From: Candidatus Nanohaloarchaea archaeon
Lineage (GTDB): Archaea; Nanohalarchaeota; Nanosalinia; Nanosalinales; Nanosalinaceae
NCBI GenBank assembly: GCA_042218325.1
Contig: JBDGRE010000003.1
Location: forward strand, 10,307-28,922
Direction of reading: 5' to 3'
DNA length: 18,616 bases
The position numbers were made by a program, and so were the translations under genes. The notes below the pieces were generated by a model. It saw only the letters and a list, made by a program, of their open reading frames with translations. It was not told the DNA's origin and made no database searches. Shown piece by piece: positions 1-7,857 of this stretch (position 1 is the first letter of the stretch; each line of letters opens with the position of its first letter).

Positions 1-165
1 AAGGTCATCGGCGACAAGTACGAGGAGTTCCAGGAACGGACTGAGGACGGCGAGGACGCAGGAGAAGTACTCAACGACCTCGGACTGGAGAAGTACTGCT
101 GCAGGACCATCTTCCTGACGCATGTCGACACCATCGAAGAGGCCGCAGAGCACAAGATAACCTGA
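1..165 (+). CDS. rpoN: DNA-directed RNA polymerase subunit N (Rpo10), 5'-truncated by the window edge
   Basis: Frame 1 reads KVIGDKYEEFQERTEDGEDAGEVLNDLGLEKYCCRTIFLTHVDTIEEAAEHKIT*. It contains the RpoN/Rpb10 LDxLGxxxYCCR motif. Confidence 0.93.
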   Translation, partial: KVIGDKYEEFQERTEDGEDAGEVLNDLGLEKYCCRTIFLTHVDTIEEAAEHKIT

Positions 166-243
166 GGCTCCTTAGAACCCTCAGAACCAGGCTTATCTTG
201 GCATTCAACTTCCGGCCGAAATATAAAGATTAAAAGCCGTTTT

Positions 244-570
244 ATGGTCATGGGAGGAGCTTCAGGAACCGTATCCGAGACATCGTCATTATCCAGAGCC
301 TCTAAAAGCGTGGACGAGGCCGATGTAGAAGAAATCCGGGAGACCGTTGAAGAGCAGGCAAGAAACTACGGTTACGAACTCGATGTAAAGGAGACGAATA
401 ACGGGTTCATAGCTACCACGGATACAAGCCTCGGTGAAGCCATAGGAACCGAGAAAGAGGCAATCCGGGTAAAGTACGATAGAGAAACGGACAGGCTCTA
501 CTTCGAAGGGGCCACGAGAACCGGCGGCGAGGAACGAGGATTAGCTGAACTGTTAGACAATCACCTGTAG
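244..570 (+). CDS. Hypothetical acidic protein
   Basis: 108-aa acidic ORF. AT-rich TATA-like sequence (aatataaagattaaaa) lies at ~219-235. Confidence 0.65.
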   Translation: MVMGGASGTVSETSSLSRASKSVDEADVEEIRETVEEQARNYGYELDVKETNNGFIATTDTSLGEAIGTEKEAIRVKYDRETDRLYFEGATRTGGEERGLAELLDNHL

Positions 571-571
571 C

Positions 572-949
572 TCAGGAGATATTTCGGAGGGCCGGCAGGA
601 TCATCTCCATGTTCGGCGCCAGCTCCAGCTCATCCAGTTCGTCCCCGGAGAACCACTCCATATCAGAGAACCTTTCTTCCTTCAATCCTGGCTCGCCCTC
701 CTCTATCTTCGCGAGGTAGGCGTGCCACAGGAAAACATCTCCGCGGTGCTGGAATTCACCGGAGAAGAACGGCTTCTGTAGTTCAAGCTCGACCCCAATC
801 TCCTCCCGGGCCTCCCTTACCGCGGCCTCCGTCGGCGATTCGTCCTCTTTCACCTTGCCGCCGGGTACCTCCCAGTGCTGCTCGTCCTCTCTGTACAGTA
901 GCAGAAGCTTGCCGTCTTCGATTACAAGGCTACCTGCGAGTTCTTTCAC
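572..949 (-). CDS. NUDIX hydrolase (MutT-like)
   Basis: Nudix box GGKVKEDESPTEAAVREAREEIG. The start overlaps the stop of the upstream ZIP gene. Confidence 0.92.
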   Translation of the reverse strand: MKELAGSLVIEDGKLLLLYREDEQHWEVPGGKVKEDESPTEAAVREAREEIGVELELQKPFFSGEFQHRGDVFLWHAYLAKIEEGEPGLKEERFSDMEWFSGDELDELELAPNMEMILPALRNIS

Positions 950-1743
950 AGGAAATAGAATAGCGGCGCCATTATTAATAGCCCTGCCAGGACGCCGACC
1001 ACGAACGACTTCCTCCAGTCCTCCAGCGTTTCGCCCTGCTCACGGGCCTCATCGATGAACTCAGTCATGACGAGGTATATCATCGCGCCCGCGGCGAACC
1101 CGAATCCTATCGGCATAAACTGCTGGGCCTCCCGGACGAAAAGGAACGCGATGACCGCTCCTATAGGCTGCGGCAGGCTCGAAAAGATGGTAGCACCTAG
1201 CATCCTCCACTTGTTCATGCCCATCGACTTGAACGGGATGGAGATGGCGATACCCTCCGGTATGTTGTGGATGGAGATCGCGACCGTCATCAGTATGGCG
1301 AGCGGCGGCACCAGGAAGCCAAGCACCGGCACGCCTGAGCCGAGACCGAGCTCCGCGAACGCCACACCTATGGAGACACCCTCAGGGAAGCTGTGAACGG
1401 TCAGGACGCCGAGTATGAGTACCAGCCGCTTGAAAGTCGCCTCCTCGAAGGTTCCCGGGTCGATCTCGTGCTCGTCCAGGAGCCGGGACGCGGCCTCCAC
1501 GAGCACCACGCCGATGGCGAGCCCGATACCTACCTCGAAGATGGTTCCTGATGCAAGTCCTTCCGGTATGAGCCCGAATATCGACGCGAAGAACATTATG
1601 CCCGAGGCCAGGCCCCACAGGCCGACAAGCCACCGGGTACTGAACTCGAAGTCGAACATGAACGGGATGGCTCCTATGCCTGTCGCAAGGTCTGTTACAA
1701 GGCCGGCGAAGAAGACGAGCAGCAGGTTCTCAAGCAGGGCCAT
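946..1743 (-). CDS. ZIP family (GufA/ZupT-like) metal transporter
   Basis: Multiple TM helices with the HSFPEG and HNIPEG ZIP signatures and an AAGAMIY motif. Confidence 0.92.
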   Translation of the reverse strand: MALLENLLLVFFAGLVTDLATGIGAIPFMFDFEFSTRWLVGLWGLASGIMFFASIFGLIPEGLASGTIFEVGIGLAIGVVLVEAASRLLDEHEIDPGTFEEATFKRLVLILGVLTVHSFPEGVSIGVAFAELGLGSGVPVLGFLVPPLAILMTVAISIHNIPEGIAISIPFKSMGMNKWRMLGATIFSSLPQPIGAVIAFLFVREAQQFMPIGFGFAAGAMIYLVMTEFIDEAREQGETLEDWRKSFVVGVLAGLLIMAPLFYFL

Positions 1744-1810
1744 CGATGAATCGTGTGAACGATAGCGAGCCAGCTTTATGAAATTTCGCCCCCACAGGGT
1801 TTAGGCCGGC

Positions 1811-2212
1811 CTAAAACTCGGAGGCTATGCTCTCCGCTATCTTGTCGCCGTTCTCCAGCTCGGACCGGTCGTAGCTGACATCTATCTCGTCTCCTGTATA
1901 ACGGGGAGTGACGTGGAAATGCATGTGGAAGACCTCCTGTCCCGCCATTTCACCGTTGTTCTGGTCGATGTTGATTCCTCCCGGGTCGAACGCGTCCCTG
2001 ACAGCGTTCGCGACCTTCACGAGCGCGTCCCACATGTAATCCATGTCCTCGGCTTCATGTATCGTCTCGACGTGCTCTTTCGGGACGACAAGGGTGTGGC
2101 CCTTCGAGACAGGGTTGGCGTCGAGGAACGCCGCCACGTTTTCATCCTCGTACACTGTATGGGAGGGTATCTCGCCGTCGATTATCCTGCAGAAAACACA
2201 GTCGCGGTCCAT
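1811..2212 (-). CDS. hit: HIT family nucleotide hydrolase
   Basis: N-terminal CVFCRII, GHTLVVPK, and the histidine triad HMHFH. Confidence 0.95.
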   Translation of the reverse strand: MDRDCVFCRIIDGEIPSHTVYEDENVAAFLDANPVSKGHTLVVPKEHVETIHEAEDMDYMWDALVKVANAVRDAFDPGGINIDQNNGEMAGQEVFHMHFHVTPRYTGDEIDVSYDRSELENGDKIAESIASEF

Positions 2213-2295
2213 GAACTGCTGTGAGGCCCTGATTTTCTAATCTTTTCCGGTTTCTTCAGTCAGGTTTTTATTGCGGCGTCGGTCAATCGGTTAGT

Positions 2296-4821
2296 ATGGG
2301 TGTCGACAAGTTCCTGGAGAAGCTGAGATCCGGGGATGAGGACTTCGAGAACCAGATAGAGGAGCTACAGCAGCAGGAAACTGCCGAGATCCGGAACCAG
2401 ATAAACCAGGCTATCGGCGACTCCCTCAGCGAACTGGAGAACGAGTGGAAGAAGGCCTTCGAGCAGTACAGGCAGCGCGACCAAGAGCGCTTCCTTGAGG
2501 CCGTCAAGAACATCAAGAGCCAGATAGTCGACGACGTATCAGAGGACCTGGAAGCGGTGACGGAACGGGAGCACAGGGAAATCGAGCAGCAGATAGAGAC
2601 CCGGCTCGACGCGTTCCAGCAGCAGCTCGAGGAACAGCACGACAGGGTAAGGAACGAGGTAGACGCGAAAGCCGACAAGGAAACCGCAAGGAAGATAGAG
2701 TCGAAGGTCGAGGAGCTGCAGCAGGAACAGGAATCGACCGAGGAAGAACTCGGGAGGTTCAGGTCCGATGCAGGACAGCACCTTGAAAGCATGGAAGAGC
2801 GGCTCTCGACGGCGCGAGAGAAGCTCGGCTCTCTCGACGAAAAGTTCCAGGACTTCCGCGAAAACGCAGAGCAAAGATTCACAAGACAGGGAGACAGGAT
2901 AGAAGAGGGAGAAGAGCACCGTGAAAAGCTCTCGAATCAGATAGAAGACAACCAAGAGTTAATAAGTGATACAAGAGGCAAGCTGTCCAGAGTACAAAAC
3001 AGGACCGAGAACCGTCTCGATGAGCATGAAAAAGAGATAGAGGACGGAGAGGAGCACCGTGAAAAGCTCTCAGGGCGGATAGACGAGAACCGTGAAGAGA
3101 TAGAGGCATCACGGGAAAGGTTCTCTGACTTCAGGGAGGACACCCGCAACACCCTGAAGCAGCATGGGAAACGCCTGGACCTCGAGGCAGAGGCCCGGGA
3201 GGAGATGCAGAAAGAACTGGAGACGACGGAATCACAGCTGAGAGACGACTTCGAAGACACGCGGCAGACAGTCAACCAGAGAGCGGAAGAGTTCCGGCAG
3301 ACGGAGCAGGAACTGACAGAGAAAGTGAACAAGGTACAGGAAAGGCTGGACCAGGCCGGGAAAGCAAGACTTAACCTGCGGAAAGAGCTCGAGGAACAGT
3401 TCGAGGAAAGGATAGAGAAAGAGAAGAAACATGTGCTGCAGAAGACGCCGGACCCGGAAGAGGTCAGCAGGCTCCGCGAGAAAGACTCCGACCTCGAGAA
3501 AAGGCTGGAAAAAAAGGCGGATAGAGGCGATGCAGAGAGACTGGAGAGCGAAATAACCTCCCTTGAGGAAAGGATGACAGAGGTATCCGACTCGATACCG
3601 ACGGAGCACGAGATAGAAGAACTGGAGGACAGGGTCAACGAGAGCAAGGAAGAGATGCACTCGTCGCTGACCGATACACGGGAAGAGCTGGAAAACCGGC
3701 TCGAGGAACAGGCCTCAGCGATACAGCAGGAGATACAGGATGTCGAAGAAGCCGCGAGGCAGGACAGGGAAGAGCTCTGGAGCAAGAAGAACGAGCTATC
3801 CTCTTGGCTGGAGGCTATAGAAGAAAAGACACAGGAAGCAGACGACGACCGGCACCAGATAAGGGAGAGCCTCTCCGCGATCAGGTCAAAGAACCGCGAC
3901 CTGAGGGAAGATTTCGACAGTCTCGAGGAGACGACGACGTCGAAGCTCGCGAACTTCAAGGACTCGATGCACGGCAGGATCGACGAAGTCGAGGAAGATA
4001 TCGAACACCAGCGTAAAGAGCTTGAGACCGAGATAGAGCAGCAGACAGGCGAAATCAAGGGAGAGCTTTCCTCGGAGATAGAAGAAGTAAGAAGCGATAC
4101 AACGAGCAGGATGGATTCCCTGGAGCAGGACCTTTCCGAGACCCGGAACGACCTCGAGCGGAAGACAGACGCGGTTAAGCAGGAGCTGGTCGACAAGATA
4201 GACCACGACCTTGAGCAGGAGACAGAGAGACTGGATAACAAGATAGAATCCAACCGGGAGAGCCGGGAATCCCTCCGAAACGAGTTGAAGGGAGAGGTCG
4301 AATCAGTCAAGAAGAAACTTGACAGCGCGCAGCAGGAGATACAGTCGCTGCGTTCCCGGCTGAAGGACGAGAAGAGCGGCCTGAAACAGCAGATGATAGA
4401 CCTGGAGAACACGCAGGAGGACATCCGCAGCGAGCTCCAGAAAAAGGCAGACAAGTCACGTTTCTCCGACCTCGACGTGGAAGCGCTCCAGAGGAACGCA
4501 AGCCAGCTCGGCCAGCAGGTACAGGACGCCAGCCAGGGACCGCAGGTAGGACAGAGCACGAACGGACAGCAGGCAGCAACCGATAGCGACGTACTGCAGC
4601 CGTCGCAGGTTGGCTGGACTATGGAGGGCAAAGATGCGACCGTCGAGGGCGAGCTTGAATTCCGGCGTAACGTCGACGGCAACTACCTCTACACGTTCTC
4701 CGACGGACAGGACAGTATCATCGTCAGGAGCAGCCAGCAGCTCGAAGAGGGCGAGGAACGTCTCTCAGGCACGGTCAAGTCGATGGACGACATCCTCTAC
4801 CTCGACCCAGAACATGCTTAA
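2296..4821 (+). CDS. Long acidic coiled-coil protein with a small C-terminal beta-rich (OB-fold-like) domain
   Basis: ~740 aa of E/Q/R/K/L-rich helical sequence, a Q/G/S linker, then a ~70-aa globular domain (DATVEGELEFRRNVDGNYLYTFSDGQDSIIVRS). No Walker A motif, so not SMC/Rad50. Confidence 0.8.
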   Translation: MGVDKFLEKLRSGDEDFENQIEELQQQETAEIRNQINQAIGDSLSELENEWKKAFEQYRQRDQERFLEAVKNIKSQIVDDVSEDLEAVTEREHREIEQQIETRLDAFQQQLEEQHDRVRNEVDAKADKETARKIESKVEELQQEQESTEEELGRFRSDAGQHLESMEERLSTAREKLGSLDEKFQDFRENAEQRFTRQGDRIEEGEEHREKLSNQIEDNQELISDTRGKLSRVQNRTENRLDEHEKEIEDGEEHREKLSGRIDENREEIEASRERFSDFREDTRNTLKQHGKRLDLEAEAREEMQKELETTESQLRDDFEDTRQTVNQRAEEFRQTEQELTEKVNKVQERLDQAGKARLNLRKELEEQFEERIEKEKKHVLQKTPDPEEVSRLREKDSDLEKRLEKKADRGDAERLESEITSLEERMTEVSDSIPTEHEIEELEDRVNESKEEMHSSLTDTREELENRLEEQASAIQQEIQDVEEAARQDREELWSKKNELSSWLEAIEEKTQEADDDRHQIRESLSAIRSKNRDLREDFDSLEETTTSKLANFKDSMHGRIDEVEEDIEHQRKELETEIEQQTGEIKGELSSEIEEVRSDTTSRMDSLEQDLSETRNDLERKTDAVKQELVDKIDHDLEQETERLDNKIESNRESRESLRNELKGEVESVKKKLDSAQQEIQSLRSRLKDEKSGLKQQMIDLENTQEDIRSELQKKADKSRFSDLDVEALQRNASQLGQQVQDASQGPQVGQSTNGQQAATDSDVLQPSQVGWTMEGKDATVEGELEFRRNVDGNYLYTFSDGQDSIIVRSSQQLEEGEERLSGTVKSMDDILYLDPEHA
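2914..3071 (+). repeat. Internal 138-nt (46-aa) periodic repeat in the coiled-coil gene
   Basis: gagcaccgtgaaaagctctc is identical at 2914-2933 and 3052-3071. Protein: IEEGEEHREKLSNQIEDN / IEDGEEHREKLSGRIDEN. Confidence 0.85.
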
Positions 4822-4853
4822 AAATATTCTCCACCCCTTATTCTTTACTTCTC

Positions 4854-4928
4854 GCGGCTGTGGTGTAGTCCGGTCAATCATCTCGGCCTTTCGAGCCGAT
4901 CACCCGGGTTCAAATCCCGGCAGCCGCA
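4854..4928 (+). tRNA. tRNA-Glu(TTC)
   Basis: Acceptor GCGGCTG/CAGCCGC-A, anticodon arm TCGGC-CTTTCGA-GCCGA, T arm CCGGG-TTCAAAT-CCCGG. TATA-like ttaaaaat at ~4818-4825. Confidence 0.96.
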
Positions 4929-4973
4929 TAACAGGTTTTTGTTCGGTTACAGCCCTTCTCTCGGAGGCCAACC

Positions 4974-5347
4974 TTGGACAACGGAAACCCCGAAATTTAC
5001 GACAACGACCAACGCTTGAAGTGGAATAAGAAAAAGTTTGCGAACTCTGATCAAGTATCGGAACTGAACAAGGAAAAGGTCAGAAAGTTCACCGACAAAT
5101 GCTACGCCGAAGGACTGTCAGACGCCAGAGTCAAGAAGTACATAACCAACTTCCACACCATATTCAAACTCATAGACTTCAACTTCTGCCTCCAAGACGC
5201 TAACCGAGAGGACATAGAAAGAGTAGTATCACGAATCGAACGGTCAGAATACAGCGAGGCCACGAAAACGTAGAAACCACAGTCAACAAATACCACCATA
5301 TGAAAACAGAAGACCTCAAAAAAGCCGCCAACGAAGTCAAAATTTAA
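4974..5347 (+). pseudogene. Internally deleted tyrosine recombinase/integrase
   Basis: 4974-5273 resembles the N-terminal core-binding domain of archaeal integrases (EGLSDARVKKY...ANREDIERVVSRIERSEYSEATK). An overlapping frame at 5258-5347 reads GHENVETTVNKYHHMKTEDLKKAANEVKI*, the catalytic GH...TT..Y.H box. Confidence 0.85.
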
Positions 5348-6432
5348 TTCTTGAGTTTACAAGTTTGTGATTCAATATCACGATCTGAGAGGGCGGCAAG
5401 ATTTTTTATTGTTCTATTGGAAATACTCTTATTCCAAACACCTATCCATCTTATTGAACCTTTCATAGAACCTTTATTAGCGTCTCCGACTCTTAGTTTT
5501 GGTTCTGACTGATTGTTCACGGTATCGTAGCTCCATAAATCCCCGACTTTGATCTGTTTGTCAGCGAAAAATTTGTAATCTCCGTGATCAAAACTGAAAC
5601 CTACAAGAGTCCATTTATTCAATTTTTCACCCCCTACATACATTCTTGGATCTAAATGATCTCCAGATACAGGCTCCCAAACTCTCGCAGTTAACCTTTT
5701 GTTAGGAGGGTTATTGAACCAGAGAGTAGCATCAAGATTAATCAATCCATCCCATCTGCTTGGGTAATCTCCCTTCAATTTCACTACAGCAGCGACCGTC
5801 CATTCCGTTTTAGAATCAAACCCCTCTCCTGGAAAGGAACTATTTGTATAGTAATCTCCTGCTCCATCCCCTTTCCAAATCTTATCCTTCCAAACAGGAT
5901 CACCAGATTCTTTACCATCAAAATTATCCACGACTTCTCTATAATCTCCGTTCAGAGGGTAGAAGCCGATTAAATTATCCGTGGGCATACACTTGATGCT
6001 TTTCTCTGTGGAGACAGGGTATCTTGTCATAGCCGCCTGAACCGTATCCAACGGATATGTGCGGTCGACAGGAACCGATAGAGTCGTGATCTCGTTCGGG
6101 CCAAGATCAACATTATGCTGTCCAGTATTTGCCACACTCCCGCCGATCACGCCTATCGAGATATTCGTGTTCTCGTCTATCGCTTCTCCCGTGTTCTGGA
6201 CTACGACTTCTAATTCGTTACTGCTTCGATTGAACTCCACGCTCATTATTTCGAGTCCGAGGTTGGCGGCACGGGTAACCGTATCAGCCCTTTCACTCGT
6301 ACCCGACTGAATATCCTTCAAAGTGTTCGAGAAAAACGGATTAGCAATCATAGCAACAGACAAAGTAAACGCAATCAACAAAACAGAAGCAATCAAAGGA
6401 GAAATGCCTTTTCGGGAGTTTGATTCTTCCAT
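5344..6432 (-). CDS. Archaeal type IV pilin-like protein with C-terminal LamG/ConA-like jellyroll domain
   Basis: Class III signal peptide RKG|ISPLIASVLLIAFTLSVA and an Ig-like VVVQNTGE segment. LamG-like hallmarks: LIGFYPLNG, WTVAAVVK, KWTLVGFSFD, MKGSIRWIGVWNKSIS. Confidence 0.85.
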   Translation of the reverse strand: MEESNSRKGISPLIASVLLIAFTLSVAMIANPFFSNTLKDIQSGTSERADTVTRAANLGLEIMSVEFNRSSNELEVVVQNTGEAIDENTNISIGVIGGSVANTGQHNVDLGPNEITTLSVPVDRTYPLDTVQAAMTRYPVSTEKSIKCMPTDNLIGFYPLNGDYREVVDNFDGKESGDPVWKDKIWKGDGAGDYYTNSSFPGEGFDSKTEWTVAAVVKLKGDYPSRWDGLINLDATLWFNNPPNKRLTARVWEPVSGDHLDPRMYVGGEKLNKWTLVGFSFDHGDYKFFADKQIKVGDLWSYDTVNNQSEPKLRVGDANKGSMKGSIRWIGVWNKSISNRTIKNLAALSDRDIESQTCKLKN

Positions 6433-6530
6433 ATTTTATCGTTTTTTTTATTAAATAAAGTCTTTCTTGCCGAAAGAGTGGCGACAGGAAAAATCTGGTC
6501 TGCGGGAAAAGGTGTGGAGGTGTAGGGATA

Positions 6531-6562
6531 CAGGTTTAAACCTGACCGACTAATAAATCGGT
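6531..6562. promoter_or_regulatory. TATA box within a 14-bp palindrome plus an adjacent inverted repeat (possible operator)
   Basis: caggtttaaacctg (6531-6544) is a perfect palindrome. accga-N8-tcggt (6545-6562) follows. Both lie just upstream of the ATG at 6581. Confidence 0.5.
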
Positions 6563-6580
6563 AGAAGGTGGAACTTGTCT

Positions 6581-6718
6581 ATGCCTGAAACAGTTGAGAA
6601 ACCAGAGGACAGAAGCGTGGAAGAGCTTATGGATAGATTGAAGCAGTCTATGAAGGATATTAAGGAAGGAAACACCTATTCTGTCGAAGAACTTAAAGAA
6701 GAGATTGAAGGAAAGTAA
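6581..6718 (+). CDS. Small RelB-like antitoxin candidate (45 aa; not in the ORF track)
   Basis: MPETVEKPEDRSVEELMDRLKQSMKDIKEGNTYSVEELKEEIEGK*. It resembles the 'S..DI..G.TYS.EE.K.EL' C-terminus of archaeal RelE-partner antitoxins. gaaggtgg RBS-like sequence upstream. Confidence 0.7.
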   Translation: MPETVEKPEDRSVEELMDRLKQSMKDIKEGNTYSVEELKEEIEGK

Positions 6719-7037
6719 TAGCGTCAGGGATCTTCTCCGTCAGTTTTTGAGCTTCTTTCTTCGTCAAGACCTTGAAACAGTAAACCGTATTCTGATCGTA
6801 ACTTTCGCCTTCAAGGTACTCTCCCTCGATAAACCAAGCCCTGTAATCTCTTCCAAGGTTGATCTGTAGGACAGGATTCATATTGCCGCCGAGATACTTG
6901 TCAAACGCCTGACTCGGCGTAGCTCCAAGGTTCAAGTTCTTCTCGATAGAATCAATCTTGCTGTAAAATGTTTCCCTCACAGGTTTCTCGAACCTTTTCA
7001 GGTCTTCCTTCGCCGCAGCCGTGATCTCTACATCCAT
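6693..7037 (-). CDS. RelE/ParE-like toxin candidate
   Basis: Probable start MDVEITAAAKEDLKRFEKPVRETFYSKI, typical of a RelE-family N-terminus. LQINLGRDYRAWF resembles the RxRVGDYR strand. Confidence 0.65.
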   Translation of the reverse strand: MDVEITAAAKEDLKRFEKPVRETFYSKIDSIEKNLNLGATPSQAFDKYLGGNMNPVLQINLGRDYRAWFIEGEYLEGESYDQNTVYCFKVLTKKEAQKLTEKIPDAITFLQSLL

Positions 7038-7229
7038 AGACTTTACTTCTACGGCCTCAAATAAAGAAGTTTCTTTGTCAGAAGAGAAGACATATAAGAA
7101 ATAGTTACATATCACGGAAACGGGAGCAAAGGGCTACCCAAGTAACCGAACAAAAACAATAGAAATAGAAACTAAATAGCAGAAGAAGCGATTAGATAGC
7201 TTCAATCAGCGAACGAAGCTGTTAGCAAG

Positions 7230-7280
7230 TCATCTCGGCCTTTCGAGCCGATCACCCGGGTTCAAATCCCGGCAGCCGCA
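7230..7280 (+). repeat. attR: duplicated 3' 51 bp of tRNA-Glu
   Basis: tcatctcggcctttcgagccgatcacccgggttcaaatcccggcagccgca is identical to 4878-4928. It is followed by the hairpin ttttctcatttgagaaaa. Confidence 0.95.
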
Positions 7281-7431
7281 CTTTTCTCATTTGAGAAAAC
7301 GTGCTCTAACAGCACCTTAGGTGCTGTGGGCCGCATTCTTCCTGCGGAAGACGTGCCGGAGAAGCATTCAACGCGAATGCTTCGTGCCGCATCCCGAAGC
7401 TTTTTCTCCCCGTCCATTGAATAACTCCATC

Positions 7432-7854
7432 ATGGCAGAAGAACTTGACTGGCTGACTCTCGACAAGGACGAGGAAGTGCTGTGGAGCGGAAATCCGAAG
7501 CTGCAGAGGCTTATCGGGTTCACGTTCACCGATTACGTGGTAACTGACCAGGCGCTGTACCGGAAATCCGGGATATTCAGCCGGAACGTACAGAAGATCG
7601 GTTACGACAAGGTGCAGAACACGTCTTTCTCGCAGGGTGTCCTCGGCAAGGCCTTCGGCTACGGTAACGTGGAGATATCGACCGCGGGAGGCTCCGGAGT
7701 CGAGATGAGGTTCCGCGCGGTCTCCGGCCCGAAGGAAGTACAGGAGATGGTCAATAGGCGCATCAAGTCGGGCGAGGAAGGCGAGAAGTCGAAGCGGGAG
7801 TTACTGGCGGAGATACTTGAAGAGGTCAGGAAGATACGGGAATCAGTGGAATAG
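7432..7854 (+). CDS. Bacterial-type PH domain protein (bPH_2/YdbS-like)
   Basis: ATG at 7432. YVVTDQALYRKSGIFSRNVQKIGYDKVQNTSFSQGVLGKAFGYGNVEISTAGG is the bPH_2 pattern. Confidence 0.82.
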   Translation: MAEELDWLTLDKDEEVLWSGNPKLQRLIGFTFTDYVVTDQALYRKSGIFSRNVQKIGYDKVQNTSFSQGVLGKAFGYGNVEISTAGGSGVEMRFRAVSGPKEVQEMVNRRIKSGEEGEKSKRELLAEILEEVRKIRESVE

Positions 7855-7857
7855 GTT

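Larger units (their letters stand above)
4878..7280. mobile_element. tRNA-Glu-integrated genomic island remnant (attL 4878-4928, attR 7230-7280)
   Basis: Perfect 51-bp direct repeat of the tRNA 3' part, an integrase remnant next to attL, and an interior visibly more AT-rich than the flanks. Confidence 0.92.

Noticed and set aside
2283-4682. Long Ser-rich minus-strand ORFs (199 aa, 581 aa and others)
   Set aside because: Antisense shadows of the E/R/K-rich coiled-coil gene.
7038-7115. Upstream extension of the RelE-like ORF
   Set aside because: It lies in AT-rich promoter-like sequence. The RelE-like pattern begins at ATG 7037.
7230-7280. Second tRNA-Glu or split-tRNA half
   Set aside because: It lacks the 5' acceptor and D arm and has no evident complementary leader. 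It is explained as attR.
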